NCBI GenBank assembly: GCA_963752255.1
Contig: CAVVXT010000019.1
Location: 64,001 to 128,000, forward strand
DNA from: Nitrososphaeria archaeon
GTDB lineage: Archaea > Thermoproteota > Nitrososphaeria > JACIWG01
Direction: 5' to 3'
DNA length: 64,000 bases
Shown: piece by piece, positions 10,259 through 19,130 of the stretch
Layout: each line of letters starts with the position of its first letter
Position numbering within the stretch: the first letter of the stretch is position 1
Notes under the pieces: model-generated
Seen by the model: only the letters and a program-made list of their open reading frames with translations
The model's database searches: none
What the model was told of the DNA's origin: nothing
Program-made: the position numbers and the translations under genes

Positions 10259-10421
10259 AAAAATTCACCTTATGGAGAACCACATAAAAGACCATACAGT
10301 AGCCTAAAGAATACGCTACCTGCCCAAGCAATAACCATGAAGGTGGTGCACAAGGGGGTTCAGGATCAAAAACTTCAACAGTTATGCTTTTCACATTATG
10401 CATTATATTCAGACCGTAACT

Positions 10422-10445
10422 ATCACAATATTTAAATATTGTGAT
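10422..10445. promoter_or_regulatory. Perfect 24-bp palindrome, probable ArsR operator over divergent promoters
   Basis: ATCACAATATTT/AAATATTGTGAT centred on TTTAAA, 15 nt upstream of the arsR start. Confidence 0.75.
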
Positions 10446-10460
10446 TAATTTACTATATGT

Positions 10461-10784
10461 ATGCCAATGCAGAAGGATGGTTTGGACAGATTTAGGGCTA
10501 AAATATTTTATGCCCTTTCGGATCCTATCAGGCTCAAGATTATTGAGTATTTGAGAAATGGAGAGAAATGCGTGTGCGAGATAATCCCATATATTAAAAT
10601 GCCTCAGCCTATAGTCTCACGCCACCTGAAGATTCTAAAAGACTCTGGGCTGCTGAAGGATAGAAGGGATGGAACTCGGAGATTTTATTCGATTACAGAC
10701 AGGAGGGTGTTCGATATAATTGATACTGTGTCACCTGACGTGGCCGAAAGTCTCTCGGGACATGCTATTGAGCAGATAATCTAG
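10461..10784 (+). CDS. arsR: ArsR/SmtB family metalloregulator
   Basis: FYALSDPIRLKI, EKCVCEI metal site, VSRHLKILK helix. Confidence 0.92.
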   Translation: MPMQKDGLDRFRAKIFYALSDPIRLKIIEYLRNGEKCVCEIIPYIKMPQPIVSRHLKILKDSGLLKDRRDGTRRFYSITDRRVFDIIDTVSPDVAESLSGHAIEQII

Positions 10785-10798
10785 AAGAGTCAATCTTT

Positions 10799-11227
10799 AT
10801 GCCACCTGTTAAAAGAAAGGTCCTCTTCCTTTGTGTTCATAACTCTGCTAGGTCTCAGATGGCGGAAGGTCTACTGAACCATCTATTTGGGGATAGATAT
10901 GTGGCCTATAGTGCGGGTCTTGCTCCAACAAAAGTTAATCCATACGCCATTAAAGTCATGGCAGAAATCGGGATAGACATCTTAGATAACAAAGCTAAAT
11001 CCTTCATTGAGTTCATTGGAAAAGGCATCGATGTAGTGGTTACAGTATGTGACGAATCAAAAGAGGTTTGCCCTTATTTTCCAGGAGCTAAAAGATTTAT
11101 TCATTGGAATTTTCAGGATCCATCGGAAGCTGTCGGCACTGAAGAAGAAATTCTAAGGGTATTTCGAAATGTCCGAGACGCATTAAGAGACCTGATTACA
11201 AAAGCTGTTGAAAAAAGTGAACTATAA
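10799..11227 (+). CDS. arsC: Arsenate reductase (LMW-PTP/thioredoxin-coupled type)
   Basis: LFLCVHNSARSQMAEG, VTVCD....CP.FPG, HW.F.DP. Confidence 0.92.
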   Translation: MPPVKRKVLFLCVHNSARSQMAEGLLNHLFGDRYVAYSAGLAPTKVNPYAIKVMAEIGIDILDNKAKSFIEFIGKGIDVVVTVCDESKEVCPYFPGAKRFIHWNFQDPSEAVGTEEEILRVFRNVRDALRDLITKAVEKSEL

Positions 11228-11269
11228 AATGCGAGATATTTGGACAGTTGTTTGCAGAAGCGAATAACA

Positions 11270-12027
11270 GTGTCTGAGCATAAAAAGGGCTGCTTGGTCT
11301 GCGGCGAAGAAATCGTATATGATGTAGAACGCTCAGAATTGGAGTGCTATTACTGCCATCAGATTCAAACCTCGCGGGTCAGGTGCATTAAGGGGCATTA
11401 CGTCTGTGACAGATGTCACAGCGCCTCCGCCAACGATCTGATAACGACCTCTGCACAAACACCAGCTCAACTGATCCCCTTGAGCAGGCATTGGTTCTTA
11501 TGAGAAATCCAAAGGTTAAGATGCACGGTCCAGAACATCATTTTCTGGTCCCGGCAGTCCTTTTATCTTCTTATTACAACATTAATGGTAATCCCCATGA
11601 AAAGGAGGCCAAGATCAGGGAAGCAAGAGAGCGTGCTTCCAAGGTGCCAGGCGGTTTCTGCGGCTACTTTGGGGACTGTGGCGCAGCAGTTGGGACCGGA
11701 ATATTCGTCAGCCTGATAACCAATGCAACACCTCTCTCTATCGGGGAATGGCGCCTTGCCAACATGATGACATCAAAGAGTCTCCTCTCAATCGCGGAGC
11801 ATGGGGGACCGAGATGCTGCAAGAGGAACAGTTACCTTGCGATACTGCAGGCCACCGATTTTTTAAAGGATAATTTCAATGTCGAAATGAAAGTCAATAA
11901 AAACATAAAATGCGAATTCCACGACCTGAATAAGCAGTGTCTTAGAGAAAAGTGCACATTTTCACTAGCTTCAATTTGCTATTGCAGTCGCCGTCGTGGT
12001 ATTTATTATTTGGCTATAAGATCATAG
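11270..12027 (+). CDS. DUF5714-like Cys-rich protein, split by a -1 indel at ~11445
   Basis: N-terminal CLVCG, CYYC, C..GHYVCDRCH; C-terminal MHGPEHH, GGFCG..G.CGA, GPRCCKR. Confidence 0.7.
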
Positions 12028-12808
12028 TTGCGGGTAATAGAAAGTATTCTGGCTGCAAGTTGAATCTCCAAACTATTTTACATTTGTTAATTCTTCAATT
12101 TGTTATCAATTAAGATTAGAGGATAAATGTTCAAGAAACTGCCACACTTTTAGAAGGGAAGTCGATTTAATAGAAACTGCTTTTTACTATTAGAAGCCAT
12201 TCTTTTGAAGAATTTAAAAAAATCTGAGCATAAAGTTAAAAAGAAAAATAGAAAGATTCAGCGCAACCTACGCTCAAGAACACATAGCATAATATTTGAT
12301 AGCATTTATGACCGTAAAAATTACGGAGTTTAATATTTCTTGTTCAAATTGGTTTTGATAGTGAAGTTGAGTTATTAATCTTAATCTAAATTTCTCTTAA
12401 GGGAACAAATTCCCAAGAGTTCTCAATGTTGACTGGGGCAGTTCCGAACGCTTTTAGCCTTCAACTGTAAGCGCTTAAGAATCTTGTAGATGCTAGTGTT
12501 CCATGTCGTGCAGCTGTCATGCTTTCAAACCTCAATGAATTAACTTGTTAGCCCTAACCAGAAATCCGTTTAAAGTTTTCTTAAACCTTTCGTCCTTTTG
12601 ACTAGATTACCGATTTAAAAACTTGACACGTCTAAAGATTACTGATAAGGTTGACGATGTCCGTAAATAAGCCGTTGTCAAGAATCGCCTCTAGGAATGA
12701 GCGATAGATCGAGTTCGGGTCGTCGAGTCGCTTCATGCCGTGAGGCCTCTTGAAGCCAACGAACAGAATAGCAGCGAATTTGAATCGGACTGCATAGTAT
12801 AGGAAACC

Positions 12809-12970
12809 CTAGCTTTTCGACTTACTGCTTTCTTGCTTCTCGGACTTGCGGAGTCGGTTCAGTTCGGCTATCTTCTCCTTGTATTCCTTTTTCTTCTTCT
12901 TATTTCCTTGTGCGCGCGCTTGGTCGTATAGCTTCTTCAGTTTCTCTTCTTCTAGCGTGTAATGGGGCAT
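12809..12970 (-). CDS. Small basic hypothetical protein (53 aa)
   Basis: Read by eye: MPHYTLEEEKLKKLYDQARAQGNKKKKKEYKEKIAELNRLRKSEKQESSKSKS, in a locally GC-richer patch. Confidence 0.35.
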   Translation of the reverse strand: MPHYTLEEEKLKKLYDQARAQGNKKKKKEYKEKIAELNRLRKSEKQESSKSKS

Positions 12971-13111
12971 CTTCGGAAATGAGGTCGTAGCGCAATAGTT
13001 AAGTCTTTCTGAGATGGGTCACAAAACTACCCGCTGAAGTAGTCCTCCTTGTTGTAATTACTTAAGATCACAGCATAATTTCTATTTGTCAAAAATGGGG
13101 GATCGAGGTAA

Positions 13112-13227
13112 ATGAGTGAAACTGAATCACTAGGGAACTTCATCATGTTTAGGCAATCACAACAATGGATGCTGCTGAATACAAGCATGCCGTTATTGGC
13201 TTAATTTTTCTTAAATTTGACACTTAA
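13112..13227 (+). pseudogene. hsdM: Relic of a type I restriction-modification HsdM N-terminus
   Basis: 13165-13227 encodes MDAAEYKHAVIGLIFLKF, near-identical to the conserved HsdM_N motif MDAAEYKHVVLGLIFLKY. GAGGT RBS plus ATG at 13112. Confidence 0.75.
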
Positions 13228-13283
13228 TAAAAGTTTACATAAAATCTCAATATCCTTATTTGGTATCTGCACCTAATAATGTA

Positions 13284-13302
13284 CAAATCCCACCGGGCCC
13301 GC
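13284..13302 (+). other. tRNA 3'-end fragment (att-like scar)
   Basis: CAAATCCCACCGGGCCCGC is a T-loop/T-stem plus acceptor 3' strand typical of archaeal GGGCCC-acceptor tRNAs. It is GC-rich within AT-rich DNA and has no 5' half. Confidence 0.65.
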
Positions 13303-13461
13303 ACCCAATTCTTCTCTGTTCATTATTTACCATTAAATTAATGTTGAAATCCTACTTCACAAATCAGATTTATTTTTGATTTATCCATGTCAAACAAGTA
13401 AAAATGGGAGTAGTTTAATAGCTCATCTAGGTTTTGGAATAACATTTGTTCGATTTAAGTA

Positions 13462-13722
13462 GTGAAGGAGTTTATACGTTTCCGGATGTTTATGTCGTTG
13501 ACAAGTTTTGCAGAGAGTTCTATTTATTTGGGAAAAAAGAAGATGTCCTTATTAATAGAAACTAGTAGTGTCCCTGATGGCTATTTAATTACAATTGGTG
13601 AATATATCTTTGAATTATATAACGTTAGGCTCTATTTAGACAGGGAAATCGTCATCGATGCAAACCTAAGATCTCAATTGGAAGCGTTTGCTGGAAAAGA
13701 TCCAGTAAAGAATTGGGGCTAG
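13462..13722 (+). CDS. Hypothetical protein (true start may be further downstream)
   Basis: ORF track only; no recognisable motif. Confidence 0.3.
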   Translation: MKEFIRFRMFMSLTSFAESSIYLGKKKMSLLIETSSVPDGYLITIGEYIFELYNVRLYLDREIVIDANLRSQLEAFAGKDPVKNWG

Positions 13723-13849
13723 TTCGTTCAGTCCACTCACAAACTAACTAAGAAAGACTTTCCATCTTTATAGAAACTTTACCGATTTTGTTAAGGTTTC
13801 CTTTACGTTTTCTGTTAATGAAAATATCGTTGATAATCGTGGATAATTC

Positions 13850-14021
13850 CGGCTCAAACAGAAATTTGTTTGTGCAATTAGCGCAAACGTTCTGCTTGTT
13901 GGCTCAGACAGATGCCCCTGTGCTCAATTAAATATCATACTCCTCTCATGCAGGACACCGTTAAGTTGAGCCGACAAAAAGAGTTTGCGCTAACTTTTTT
14001 GCTGATTTTCTATTTGAGCCG
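13850..14021. repeat. 172-bp element with ~56-bp imperfect inverted arms
   Basis: Left arm 13850-13906 CGGCTCAAACAGAAA...TTAGCGCAAAC...TTGTTGGCTCA. Reverse complement of right arm 13967-14021 is CGGCTCAAATAGAAA...TTAGCGCAAAC...TTGTCGGCTCA. Confidence 0.8.
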
Positions 14022-14287
14022 AACATGATTGCACCTGGTTGGTTAAACGTCGCACATTAACAAAAACTTTAAAGTTTGAGCATGGCATAGACCTGCTTTT
14101 ATCACTTTTTGGATATGCAGCGGTCGGAGTACCAGCATAAAGATAACCTTCTCCCCTTTTTCTTTTTTATAGTGTATACGGGATTATCCTAATCGGTAAA
14201 GGTTCTTTTATAATGAACTTGAAACAAAAAGAATGTACGGCCCGTGAGGCACTTTGTTCTGACTGACTAACTGGACTTCATGGGAAA

Positions 14288-14337
14288 TGTTCAAAAAGTG
14301 GGTTTACGGTCATGACCACAGACCTAGATTTTGAACA
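14288..14337. repeat. Symmetric 50-bp site, copy 1
   Basis: TGTTCAAAA-AGTGGGTTTACG-GTCATGAC-CACAGACCTAGA-TTTTGAACA. Confidence 0.9.
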
Positions 14338-14584
14338 TTATTGCCAAAAAGGAAGTTATAATTTTGTGTCAACTCCTTCTCAGTGATTGCGCCATTTACA
14401 TCCGTTACATCCTATTATAGGAGAGTTAAATTTCTTCTAAAGGTGCTTTACCATATTAATGGACGAATGATTGGAGGATGACTGCAACTGCACCAAATAT
14501 CAGGAAGAAAAAGAAAATACGACTAAACCAACTATCTGAGAAATTGGAAAACTCATGGTATTTTGGGTTGACTAGACTTTAAAA

Positions 14585-14634
14585 TGTTCAAAAATAGTGA
14601 CTACTGTCATGACTGCGGATGCAGATTTTGAACA
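14585..14634. repeat. Symmetric 50-bp site, copy 2
   Basis: TGTTCAAAA-ATAGTGACTACT-GTCATGAC-TGCGGATGCAGA-TTTTGAACA. Confidence 0.9.
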
Positions 14635-15781
14635 AGACGACCTTAATGGAAAAAATAACTTTTGTCCGTTATACAAAGATCTTAATGCTGCAAGCAGTGT
14701 TGAAAAAAATTAGAGTCAGACTTATAGTCGAATAATTTAAAATCCCACTTTTATAGGATAGAATTATTGCTCTACTTCTATAGAATCTCCAACTGGAGTA
14801 TTAAACTAGTTCTCCGAGAATCAATCACCACCTTTATTGCTTCAAATGCTTAAAAAATTATTGCGAGTTAGACTTTAATAAGATAAGAAATTTAACAAGT
14901 CAATACACCCTTTCAGCATAGAACAACTTCAGGAGATCCTCTATCTCCTCCTTTTCATCCTTCGATGGCTTCCATCCACAAAGTTCACATTTACTTTTGA
15001 TATTTAATGGTTCATTTTCTTGTCTAAGCTTTTCAACTAGTACCTTTAATGTTAAAGGGAGAACGGGCGACCAAACAATATCTTATCAGTTAGTGCAGGG
15101 ATTAACGATTCTTCAATGATCTTTTCAGTCCAACTTACTTTAGGACTTTTTAAAGTTCAGGATTACCAGAAATTTGTCTAATTGTTGAACTTTTTCCTTG
15201 CTGTGTAGAGATGGATACACCCTGCAAAAATCAAACCAAAAGCAAAGATCCCGATAGCAGTCGATAAATCACCATCTCGAGTTATTGCCTTAAGCCCAGC
15301 TTTAACTGGGCTATTCTGTTTTACTATGCAACGTCCGGCCAGATCTCCCGTTTTTTCCTCCCTTTCATTAATGGAAAGATTCTGCTTGTTTCTGCTTGTT
15401 TCCAAAATCGCTTCTATCATCACGAATTATCATCATCGATTATCCATTCTTTTTTGGAACTTTCAGCACGTATAAGCTGCTTATCCTTAGAGCCGCATAT
15501 GTACTCGCTTCGCTGTACCCATGGCGAAAAGATTTCATCGTCCATCGTTACAGGACACATTTCTTCAAGACAGGCTTCTGTAATGTTATGGTCAATGGAA
15601 CACTGCTTTTTAACCCTGTAAGGTGTTACCACAGAGAATTTTTTAAATGGAGGATTACAAATGCAATTTTCCACCGCATTTTTTAGATGGTCGCTGCAAT
15701 ATTTTTTTCCCACGTTTCTCCACAGAAACAGGGGATACCTCCTTTCTATACTTATCGTTTGATATGTACAATCAGAATAAT

Positions 15782-15830
15782 TGTGCAAAAAAAGGTGTGC
15801 AGTCATGACCGCAGCTGATGATTTTGAACA
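15782..15830. repeat. Symmetric 49-bp site, copy 3, overlapping the topoisomerase start codon
   Basis: TGTGCAAAA-AAAGGTGTGCA-GTCATGAC-CGCAGCTGATGA-TTTTGAACA. Confidence 0.85.
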
Positions 15831-17978
15831 TGACGATTTTGAGGGCGAGATAAGGTCAAGGCCAAGGGTCTTTGATTTCTTCACTCTCGATGGTGTTGAG
15901 AGGCTTACCGGGTGCACCCTTAATAAATTCCTGTTGTTCATTACAAAGGAACTCATAGATAATGCCTTAGACAAAAAAGATGTAAAGAACATCAATGTTA
16001 ATATCTGTGAGGAATACAAAACATTAACATTATCTGTTTCTGATGACGGCAATCCCACATTTGACAGGGAATCCCTCTCAAAGGTCCTGGATTTCGAGAA
16101 AGCGCCTTCGTCTAAAAGAATATACAAGACTGTGAAAAGAGGTGTCCGAGGCAACGGACTACAGAGCTGCTTCGGGATTTCTTATACCACATGGACTGCA
16201 GACGACAGGCCCGAAATACAGCTGAAGTATTGGGAACGGAAAGATTTTTAGTCAATTTAGATCCAAGCAAAGTGTCAATTAAAGAAGAACCAAGAGTCAA
16301 CGATGGCACTACAGTAGTTTTATTCAAACTGCCCGTGGCCGATTATATATCACCCTTCAGAATCGTAGAAACCGTCGCTTTACTTAACCCGCGTACAACT
16401 TTGACTTTTAAGGACAAGGAAGTTGAGCAGACCTTCGAAGCCTTGGAAGATGCTTCACCTTCTTCACAGACAGATGTCGACATACATTGTTACAGCTTAG
16501 CAGAATTCGGCTACCTTGCCGATGAAATAAAACATATAACAGTCGAGAGGTTAGTTACCATTTTCAAAGGCCTGAAACATCGTTCCTATGCGAGAGAGAT
16601 CCTTGATGAACTGGAAATTCAGCCAGGGACCAGGCTTTCAGATATCGGTTCTAAAGAACTCGAATCGCTTTACAATGCGATAAAAGAGGCTGCCAAGAGC
16701 ATAAAAGCTACCCAGCTTCCTCTGGTTGGTCAGGACGCGTTTGAAAACTTTGGTGCTGTAGGTTACTCCGTGAAGCGCGGTGTGTGGAGTGAAGATGGTA
16801 GGATCGTGCCCTATGCCGTCGAAGTTGCCTCCTTTGAAGGCGAGGGTGAAGATATCATAGAGACGATAAACTTCTCCGCTTCTATCCACCATCCTTTTAC
16901 AATGTGGGTCAGGACCGAAGGTGAAAGGAGGGTTAAACTGCATGACCTCATAAAAGATAAGGGAGTCACTGTTCTGATCCATCTGGTGTGTCCTGCGATA
17001 ACGTGGCTAAACGCAAGTAAGGGTGAGATGGACATCGAACCATTTGGGGAGAAGATTTTTTCTGCTGTCCGAAGCGTCTGCAAGCAGAATACACGATCAG
17101 GATTCGATTCCGAAACCCTGACTTCGCTTGCCAACAAGGTCATGTGTTCCTACCCGACATTGAACTTTACAATCAGGCAGGTCTTTTATAGGTTGGTGGC
17201 CCTTCACGGTTACCCGAACACCCGACAGTCGTATAACAAATTAGGAAAAGCTCTTGTCATGGCAAGACAAGAAGGCTCTGTAGATGCTGACCGGATAGTG
17301 GATTTGAGTAGGCCAGAATACGTTAACAATAGCCAGTATCAGTCATTCCTTGAGAAGGTTGAGTCGGACTTCAAGGCGATGGTAGAAAACTTCGATTTGG
17401 ACATGTGGGATCAGCAGCCCTTCTTCTGTGAAACGTGGACGGAAAAGGAGGCGCTCAGTCGCGTTCTCATGCCAGTCTGCCAAAAATATCGGGTGAACTT
17501 GATCGTTGGACGCGGGTATTCCTCATATACACAAATACGAAGAGCGGTTAAAAGGTTTCCTGAGGGAAAGAAGGTCATTTTAATGTACATCGGAGATTTC
17601 GACCCAACGGGTCGACACATCGAGGTGAAGTTGATACAAAGACTACATGACCAAATTAGAAGGAGTGGTAAGGACGTAGAAGTAGAGGTGAAAAGGATAG
17701 CGCTTACCTATGAACAAATTAAACAACACGATCTACCCTCTTCTCCCCTGAAAAAGTTCGGCCAAAAGCGTAACGAATACTACGAAGAATATGGTGATAA
17801 CGTGTGGGAAGCTGATGCCCTAAGTCCTGAAGTCCTTATGAAAACTTTAGAGGAAGAAATTAGAATTTTAATCGACTGGGAGATCTGGGACAAAAAAGAG
17901 GAAGAGGTCGAATACTTCAGGAAACTACTAAGAGAACGTTTGGGACGGCTTTTGGACGAACTGAGGGCTTTCGAATGA
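15805..17978 (+). CDS. Fused type IIB topoisomerase (Topo VIII-like; GHKL/B module plus WHD-TOPRIM/A module), split by a -1 indel at ~16213
   Basis: GHKL motifs KELIDNALD, VSDDG, RGVRGNGL, DGTTV. A-module TIRQVFYRL (catalytic Tyr), WTEKEAL, GRGYSS, GDFDPTG, WEADAL. AGGTG RBS before the ATG at 15805. Confidence 0.8.
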
Positions 17979-18218
17979 TAAGGCTTCTGGCAGATGTTCG
18001 TACATTTTTCTTAAGATTTCATAATGTTCTACATGATGTGTTGATTATTTTTTGCCATAATACCTAAAAGGCCATATGGTTGGGTGGATCAGGCGGCCAA
18101 TCTTTTTTTGTTCAACGACAAGTTTAGAGAACGCCGTATTTCATAATTATATCAGTTTGGAAAACCGTGCCCATTAATCACACAGAATCTTAAATTATAC
18201 ACAATATGATCGCTTTGA

Positions 18219-19067
18219 TTAGGCAGAAGTTGTAACTTCCAAGTCCAGAACTACTTGAACAATTCTGGGTCCGACCTCTCTCACGACTTTTCCTCGAGTT
18301 GATGAAATCTTGAAGTTATGAGGTAAAACTAGCTCCGGTAAAACTTCATTAATCGTTTCATCCATCGGTGCTGATTTAGCGTGCAGATATAAGTGAATGA
18401 CCCCACCTTCCTCTCTCAACGCCTTGACAGCGTACGGAAAATATTCTATGGATCTCTCAGGATATGGCATTATAACGCGATTGGCGGAACCTGCGAGCTT
18501 GTAACTTATTATTCGAGCTGCATCACCCAAGAAAGCTATTATGCGGTCGTCCACCTTATTTACGAAAACGTTTTTCAATATCATTTCATACGCGTCAGGG
18601 TTAAGGTCAATTACATAATTTGTCGATGTCTTACGTTTTTTTGCGATCAAAATGGAAAACGTGCCGACACCCGCGAACATGTTGACAACAACCTCATTCT
18701 CGCCAACGAGGTTTGCAATCCTCAACCGTTCCGCAGACAATCTTGGTGAAAAATAGGTTTTACCTATGTCTACATAGAATCTGCAACCGCTCTCCTTACA
18801 TTCTGTGAAAGTCCGATTTTCCCCGGCTAGATATTCTAAGCCCATCAGCCTATATTCTCCAGAAACAGGTGAAGCCTGTCTGAAAACGCATTTTACAGCT
18901 TTAACGTTCTCCAGTAAGGTTTCCGCAATCAGGCTCTTCTTCGGCAAAAGTGTGTCTGGAATCTTTATAACCGCAATATCTCCAATAATGTCAAATCCTG
19001 AAATGATGTCGTCGAGCTCTTCAGGCGAGAGTTTCTCTGAAAGTAATTCTTTTACAAGACGCCCCAA
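18219..19067 (-). CDS. Trm5/Tyw2-family tRNA-modifying SAM-dependent transferase
   Basis: FDIIGDIAV, YFSPRL..ER.R, MFAGVG.F, DLNP.A, GDA, RVIM. Short form without the N-terminal D1 domain. Confidence 0.85.
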   Translation of the reverse strand: MGRLVKELLSEKLSPEELDDIISGFDIIGDIAVIKIPDTLLPKKSLIAETLLENVKAVKCVFRQASPVSGEYRLMGLEYLAGENRTFTECKESGCRFYVDIGKTYFSPRLSAERLRIANLVGENEVVVNMFAGVGTFSILIAKKRKTSTNYVIDLNPDAYEMILKNVFVNKVDDRIIAFLGDAARIISYKLAGSANRVIMPYPERSIEYFPYAVKALREEGGVIHLYLHAKSAPMDETINEVLPELVLPHNFKISSTRGKVVREVGPRIVQVVLDLEVTTSA

Positions 19068-19130
19068 TTATTATAGCACTTTGCCCCATGGGAGTGCACA
19101 TATGATACCAATTTATTAAAAGTTTTTCAT

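Larger units (their letters stand above)
12030..18200. mobile_element. Decayed integrated element / genomic island (boundaries approximate)
   Basis: Low coding density, gene relics (hsdM), tRNA 3' scar, repeated symmetric sites and a Topo VIII-like gene. Dense housekeeping genes resume at 18219. Confidence 0.55.

Noticed and set aside
14900-15423. Minus-strand ORF fragments (81-aa ORF; ...KCELCGWKPSKDEKEEIEDLLKLFYAERVY)
   Set aside because: They look like gene debris, but I cannot assign a family or reliable boundaries.
14288-15830. The 50-bp repeats as a CRISPR array
   Set aside because: Spacing is irregular (about 0.3 and 1.2 kb), the variable parts lie inside the repeat, and no cas genes are present.
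15420-16154. 244-aa minus-strand ORF
   Set aside because: Mostly antisense to the GHKL domain. Only the part below ~15710 might be a decayed gene, and it has no recognisable motif.
16195-16225. Programmed ribosomal frameshift in the topoisomerase gene
   Set aside because: No X XXY YYZ slippery heptamer at the junction, and the contig has many similar indels.
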